NCBI GenBank assembly: GCA_043750125.1
Contig: JAYVCD010000085.1
Span: forward strand, 1-11,289
Source: Archangiaceae bacterium
GTDB taxonomy: Bacteria > Myxococcota > Myxococcia > Myxococcales > Myxococcaceae
DNA length: 11,289 nt
Direction of reading: 5' to 3'
Under the pieces are notes generated by a model. That model did not search any database. It worked only from the letters and a program-made list of their open reading frames with translations, and had not been told where the DNA came from. This document shows positions 1 through 4,411 of the stretch, in pieces. The position numbers and the translations under genes are program-made. Position 1 is the first letter of the stretch, and every line of letters starts with the position of its first letter.

Positions 1-79
1 CTCTTTTTTCGAGCCCCCTGTTTGTGTTTCCCTGCGCGCGCGGTGTCGATCAAAGACCCCCCTTTTTCCAATCGGGACA

Positions 80-100
80 CTGTGGGTTTTTCCACCACAG
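80..100. promoter_or_regulatory. Inverted repeat CTGTGG-N9-CCACAG, candidate transcription-factor site upstream of the first kinase
   Basis: Perfect 6-bp arms at 80-85 and 95-100 in a non-coding, T-tract-rich region. A related site lies at 10928-10946. Confidence 0.4.
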
Positions 101-230
101 CCGCCGCTGGTGAATGGTCGACGGGTGGGGCGGGCGCGGTACAGTGTTCCGGAAACTTGCGGCCGGGTCGAGGTGTTGGCGAACTGTGCGAAAGACATCC
201 CTCGGCGCGAGCACGCACGAAGCGGCCCCC

Positions 231-2303
231 GTGTCCCCTGTGACCAACGCCAACCTGAAGGTCCTACGCCAGCTCGACTCGGACGCCCACTCGCAGGCCT
301 TTCTGGCCCAGGTGCGGGGCTTCGAGCTGCCGATGGTGGTGCGGGTGGTGAAGGCCGAGCTCGCGCAGGACGAGGGGCGAATGATCCGCTTCATCGCCCA
401 GGCCCGGCTGCTGACCGAAGTCGCTTCCCCCGCCCTGCTGCAGGTCCGCTCGGCCGGGCGAATGAAAGATGGGCAGGTGTACGTGCTCACCGACTTTCCC
501 GGAGGAGAGCCGCTGGCGAGCAAAGGAAGTCTTCCGCTCGAGGCGCTGGTCGAGCTCGGAATTCCCCTCTGTGGCGCGCTCGCGGCGTTGCACGAAGCCG
601 GGCTCGTGCTGGGGGTCCTCAACGCCCACGAAGTGTTGATTACCCCCCGCGGGCCGATGCTCGACGCCTCGCTCGCCCCGCTGGCTCGCGTTCCCGGAGC
701 GACCCCCGCCACCGACGTCCGCGCCCTCGCCTCGCTGCTGATGTCGCTGGCGACATCGAACAGCGACAAGACTCCCTTCGATTCCGCGGTGCGCCACAGC
801 CTGGGCTCGGCCACCACCGCCCGCGAGCTGCTGACGGCGCTCGAGGCGGTGCGCCAACGCTGGGCGGGCGACACCCGCGTCAGCAGCACCCAGGACAGCG
901 AGCCGGTGATCGAGTCGGTCGTGATCAGCGAGCCTGATCTCTCAGGGCAGACGCTCGGCCCGTACGAGCTGCACCGGCTGCTCGGCGAAGGCGCGATGGG
1001 GCGGGTGTACCTCGGCAAGCACAACCGCATCGGCCGCGAGGCGGCGATCAAAGTGCTCAAGGCTGAGCACGCGTGCCACAAAGATCTCGTTCAGCGCTTC
1101 ATTCAGGAAGCGACCGCGGTCAACGCGATCAAAAACGAGCACATCGTCGAGGTGCATGACTTTGGCGAAGAGGTGATCGCCGACGGCAGCTCCCGCGTGT
1201 ACTGCGTGATGGAAGTGCTGCACGGCCGCGCGCTCGCCGACGAGATGGCGCTCGGGACGATGCGGGTACAGCGCGCCTGTCGGATCATTCAGCAAGTCAC
1301 CCGCGCCCTCGGAGCCGCCCACGCGCTCGGCGTCGTCCACCGCGACATCAAGCCCGAGAACATCTTTCTCCACGAGCGCGAGGGGGACAAAGACTACGTC
1401 AAGGTCCTCGACTTCGGCGTCGCCAAGCTGCTCAAGCCGCTGGCCAGCCTGCCGATCAGCAGCACCCAGGCAGGGATCGTGATCGGCACCCCCGAGTACA
1501 TGGCCCCCGAGCAGGCCCTGGGAATGCCGACCGACCTGCGCATCGATCTCTACGCGGTCGGCCTGGTGCTCTACGAGCTGCTCTCCGGAGATCAGCCGTT
1601 CAAAGGCGACACCTTCGGCAAGCTCGTCGTCGAGATCACCACCCAGCCGCCCCCTCCGCTTCCGGCCCGCACCCCCGCCGGCGAACCGATTCCCCGCGGG
1701 CTGGTCGCGATCGTCAGAAAATGCCTGGAAAAAAAGCCCGACGATCGCCCGAGCAGCTCGGCCGAGCTGGTCGCAGCGCTCGAGCCTTTCGTCACCGCGC
1801 CCGGCGGAATGGGCGCCGAAGCCGAAGCGTTCGAGGCCGCCCTTCGACCCTCGCGCCTGCCTCGAAGCCTCGCGGTCGGCGGGCTGGCCCTGATGGTGGG
1901 GATGATCGCCTTCTTCGTCCTTCGCCCGGTGCCCCAACCGACGGTCGAATCGTCCGCGGTGCCCACGATTTCGTCCGCGCCGCCCACGCTGTTCGTCCCC
2001 AAGAAGGTCACCCTCGAGGTCGCAAGCCACCCGGAAGGCGCGCGGGTCATTCGCCTCGACACCCACCAGGTGTTGGGCCTCACGCCCCTCAAGCTCGAGA
2101 CCGAACGGCTCGAGGCGCCCATCGGCCTTCGACTCGAGCTGCTGGGTCACCAGCCCACCGAGCGGCAGGTGGTGCTGGCGAACAATGCGAGCCTCTCGGT
2201 CGATCTTCCTCTCGAAGAGCGGCCGGTCGAGCCCACTCGCGCGCCGGACAAGAAGACGAAGAAGAAAGTCACCCGGGACGGTCAGGTTGACCCTTTCAAC
2301 TAA
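231..2303 (+). CDS. Membrane Ser/Thr protein kinase (Hanks type): N-terminal pseudokinase domain, active kinase domain, one TM helix, C-terminal PEGA-like domain
   Basis: Intact kinase motifs from about 963 to 1790: LGEGAMGRVY, AAIK, RFIQEA, HRDIKPEN, DFG, GTPEYMAPEQ, DLYAVG. TM helix LAVGGLALMVGMIAFFVL at about 1869-1922. PEGA-like segment LEVASHPEGARV...LGLTPL...LELLGHQP from about 2007. The start is uncertain: the ORF is open from ATG 114, but kinase-like similarity begins near 250, so GTG 231 or GTG 240 is preferred. Confidence 0.93.
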   Translation: MSPVTNANLKVLRQLDSDAHSQAFLAQVRGFELPMVVRVVKAELAQDEGRMIRFIAQARLLTEVASPALLQVRSAGRMKDGQVYVLTDFPGGEPLASKGSLPLEALVELGIPLCGALAALHEAGLVLGVLNAHEVLITPRGPMLDASLAPLARVPGATPATDVRALASLLMSLATSNSDKTPFDSAVRHSLGSATTARELLTALEAVRQRWAGDTRVSSTQDSEPVIESVVISEPDLSGQTLGPYELHRLLGEGAMGRVYLGKHNRIGREAAIKVLKAEHACHKDLVQRFIQEATAVNAIKNEHIVEVHDFGEEVIADGSSRVYCVMEVLHGRALADEMALGTMRVQRACRIIQQVTRALGAAHALGVVHRDIKPENIFLHEREGDKDYVKVLDFGVAKLLKPLASLPISSTQAGIVIGTPEYMAPEQALGMPTDLRIDLYAVGLVLYELLSGDQPFKGDTFGKLVVEITTQPPPPLPARTPAGEPIPRGLVAIVRKCLEKKPDDRPSSSAELVAALEPFVTAPGGMGAEAEAFEAALRPSRLPRSLAVGGLALMVGMIAFFVLRPVPQPTVESSAVPTISSAPPTLFVPKKVTLEVASHPEGARVIRLDTHQVLGLTPLKLETERLEAPIGLRLELLGHQPTERQVVLANNASLSVDLPLEERPVEPTRAPDKKTKKKVTRDGQVDPFN

Positions 2304-2943
2304 GCGCACCTTCGCCGTCCTGCTCGCCTTCAGCCTCGCGCTGGGTCCGTCAGTCGCGCGCGCCGACACCGCCGTCGAGACCCGGGCGAAGGCGCTCTAC
2401 AAAGAGGGCATGAAGGCCTACGACGTGGGCGACTTCGAGGGGGGGCTGCGGCTGTACTCCGAGGCCTACAAGCTCACCCAGCTGCCGGGGTTTCTCTTCA
2501 ACATCGCCCAGTGTCACCGCCAGCTGGGGAACTACGAGCAGGCTGCGTTTTTCTACGGGCGGTTCATCGACAACAGCAAGCTCAAGGCCCCCAACGTCGA
2601 GCTCGCCTCCCAGCTGCTGGCCGAGATGAAGTCGAAGCAGACCGAGAAGCTCGCCGCCGAGCATCAGAAGGCCGACGACGCCGCGCGCACGGCCGAAGAG
2701 TCGCGCAAGGCCGCGGCCGACGCGCCGAAGTTGATTCCCCCCGTCGCGGATCTCGTCGCGTTGCCGCCTCCTCCGCCGCCTCCGATGGCTGAAGCCCAGC
2801 CGATCTACAAGTCGGGTCTGTTCTGGACGGTGATCGGAGTCGCGGTCGCAGGGCTCGCGGCCGGCACCGCCGCGGCCGTCGTAGCGGGCTCGAAGTCGCA
2901 AGGTCTGCCCACCACTCAGGATCCGATCGGGACCCCCCATTGA
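2287..2943 (+). CDS. Exported tetratricopeptide-repeat protein with Pro-rich linker and C-terminal membrane anchor
   Basis: In-frame TTG at 2287 gives a Sec signal peptide (MTLSTKRTFAVLLAFSLALGPSVARA, AxA site). TPR-like helices AKALYKEGMKAYDVGDFEGGLRLYSEAY and FLFNIAQCHRQLGNYEQAAFFYGRFI follow, then a charged helix, a poly-Pro run and the hydrophobic tail LFWTVIGVAVAGLAAGTAAAVVAG. It overlaps the kinase 3' end by 17 nt. The ORF track start at 2185 is probably too far upstream. Confidence 0.85.
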   Translation: MTLSTKRTFAVLLAFSLALGPSVARADTAVETRAKALYKEGMKAYDVGDFEGGLRLYSEAYKLTQLPGFLFNIAQCHRQLGNYEQAAFFYGRFIDNSKLKAPNVELASQLLAEMKSKQTEKLAAEHQKADDAARTAEESRKAAADAPKLIPPVADLVALPPPPPPPMAEAQPIYKSGLFWTVIGVAVAGLAAGTAAAVVAGSKSQGLPTTQDPIGTPH

Positions 2944-4181
2944 AACTTCGCATCGCGGCGGTGGTGGGGTTTGTCTTCGGCGTCACGTTGGCCAACTGCG
3001 GGAAAGATCCGACCACCCTCGAAGGCACCGCGCTCTACGTCGTCGCGTACTTCCGCACCGCCGGCTACGACATCCGCTCGCTCTACTTTTCGGGCCAGAC
3101 CGCGGGCGGAAATGATCTCTTCGAGGCGACCTACCGACCCTTGAAGCCGTCCGCCGCGAGCCTCGTCTCGCCGCAGCGGGTCCGGGTGTTCCTCGGCGAT
3201 GAGCTCGGCGACAAGAAGGTCACCCTCTCGCTCTACGCCGTCGACACCGGAGGCGAGCTGGTTCAGTTCGGTTCCGCCACCGTGACCGTCCAGCGCGGCC
3301 ACGAGGTCGAGGTGCCGATCGAGATGGCTCCGTTTGATCTTCCGCACCTCGATGGCGGGGCGGACGACGGTGGCGAGTACGTCGATTCCGGATTTCTCGA
3401 TGCGGGCACCATCGACGCCGGCCGGTTGCCCGACGGGGGAATGCTCCAGTGCAACTGCAATGGGGGCTGCTGTTTTCCCGGCACGTCCACCTGCCTGGTG
3501 CCCGGCCGCGCGGTGCTCGACGCGGGCGCCGGGGTCGCTCCGGTCATCTACACCTTTGGGCTCTGTGGTCCGGCCGGCAGCTTTTGCCCCCTCGCCCTCT
3601 GCGATGCGTCGCACACCAACAGCTGCCGCAGCGGGAAGTGTTCCTGCGGCGAAGCGGGCATTTGTCCCAGCGGGACCCGCTGCACGGTGGGCTCCAACGG
3701 CTCGAGTTCCTGTCTCTGCGACGTGTTCTCTCAGTGCCAGGGGTGCTGCACCAACGGCGGGGCCGCGTGTGTGGGCGCAGGGCAGCTGAGCCGAATCGCG
3801 TGTGGATCCGCGGGCCAGAGCTGCACCCCCTGCGGGGCGGCGGCGGCCGGGCCCGGGGTGGGCGGGGACGCAGGCACCGCCATCTTCTGCTCTCAGGCCA
3901 CCGCCGGCGTTCCGTCGGTCGAGCAGCCCGGAGTGTGCTCCACGTCCACCTCGTGCGCGGGCTGCACCGGCGCCTCGTTGTGTTGCTCCGAGATGCGCTG
4001 CGTTTCGGCCGGCTGGCCGCGCTGCAAGAGGCCCAACGCCAACGTCTGCCTCGCGTGCGATCTGCTTCGCACCGACAGCTGCTCGGCCGAGGGTTGTTCG
4101 TGTGGGAAAGAGACCACTGTGTGCTCGGCGCTGCAGTTTTGTGATCGCACTTTGGCCGTCCCGCGGTGCAAGGCCTTCTGA
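2940..4181 (+). CDS. Cysteine-rich myxobacterial lipoprotein of unknown function
   Basis: TTG start overlaps the upstream TGA (TTGA). Lipobox LANC with Cys20 at 2997-2999. N-terminal beta-rich domain, acidic DGG/DAG linker, then a C-terminal region with 38 Cys by manual count. Confidence 0.85.
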   Translation: MKLRIAAVVGFVFGVTLANCGKDPTTLEGTALYVVAYFRTAGYDIRSLYFSGQTAGGNDLFEATYRPLKPSAASLVSPQRVRVFLGDELGDKKVTLSLYAVDTGGELVQFGSATVTVQRGHEVEVPIEMAPFDLPHLDGGADDGGEYVDSGFLDAGTIDAGRLPDGGMLQCNCNGGCCFPGTSTCLVPGRAVLDAGAGVAPVIYTFGLCGPAGSFCPLALCDASHTNSCRSGKCSCGEAGICPSGTRCTVGSNGSSSCLCDVFSQCQGCCTNGGAACVGAGQLSRIACGSAGQSCTPCGAAAAGPGVGGDAGTAIFCSQATAGVPSVEQPGVCSTSTSCAGCTGASLCCSEMRCVSAGWPRCKRPNANVCLACDLLRTDSCSAEGCSCGKETTVCSALQFCDRTLAVPRCKAF

Positions 4182-4191
4182 GTGACACCCA

Positions 4192-4207
4192 GTCGCCTTC
4201 GGGTGAC
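4192..4207 (+). other. Short C(UUCG)G stem-loop just after the lipoprotein stop; possible pause, terminator or RNA-stabilising hairpin
   Basis: GTCGCC-TTCG-GGTGAC forms a 6-bp stem with one G-U pair and a UUCG tetraloop closed by C-G, 10 nt after the TGA. No U-tract follows, so it is not a canonical intrinsic terminator. Confidence 0.35.
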
Positions 4208-4249
4208 GCCGTGGAGCAGGACACTCCACTGATTCAGGCCCGACCACTT

Positions 4250-4266
4250 TGGGCACCAACATCGCT
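4250..4266 (+). promoter_or_regulatory. Candidate sigma54 (-24/-12) promoter upstream of the hydrolase gene
   Basis: TGGGCACCAACATCGCT has GG(4252-4253)-N10-GC(4264-4265) with correct spacing, the GGCAC core and a final W. It deviates from the YTGGCACG-N4-TTGCW consensus at several positions. Confidence 0.3.
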
Positions 4267-4411
4267 TACGCATTCATTTCCACCTGCCCTGTCACCCCCG
4301 AGCGACGGCACTTAGCCCAACGCATTCGGGGGCTTGGCGGTCAGTCCCAAGGGGGCTTCGACCCGGGTTCAAAACCTTTGGATGGCACTGGAATTGGATA
4401 AGGACCGCTTC

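Noticed and set aside
114-230. N-terminal extension of the first kinase from ATG 114
   Set aside because: The translation (MVDGWGGRGTVFRKLAAGSRCWRTVRK) looks non-coding and precedes the start of kinase-fold similarity. It is not excluded but not preferred.
231-865. Pseudogene interpretation of the degenerate kinase domain
   Set aside because: There are no frameshifts or stops, and it is fused in frame to an intact kinase, so it is treated as a pseudokinase domain.
3450-4181. Multiheme cytochrome or Fe-S protein interpretation of the Cys-rich region
   Set aside because: There are no CxxCH motifs or ferredoxin-type CxxCxxC patterns, and the protein is an exported lipoprotein, which favours disulfides.
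50-4262. Long - strand ORFs 50-1081, 942-2369 and 2916-4262, plus Arg/Pro-rich alternative-frame ORFs
   Set aside because: They overlap motif-supported + strand genes and have low-complexity compositions typical of non-coding frames in GC-rich DNA.
4334-4411. TTG 4334 start for the hydrolase
   Set aside because: ATG 4412 has an AAGGA RBS and places the lipoprotein signal peptide at the N-terminus.
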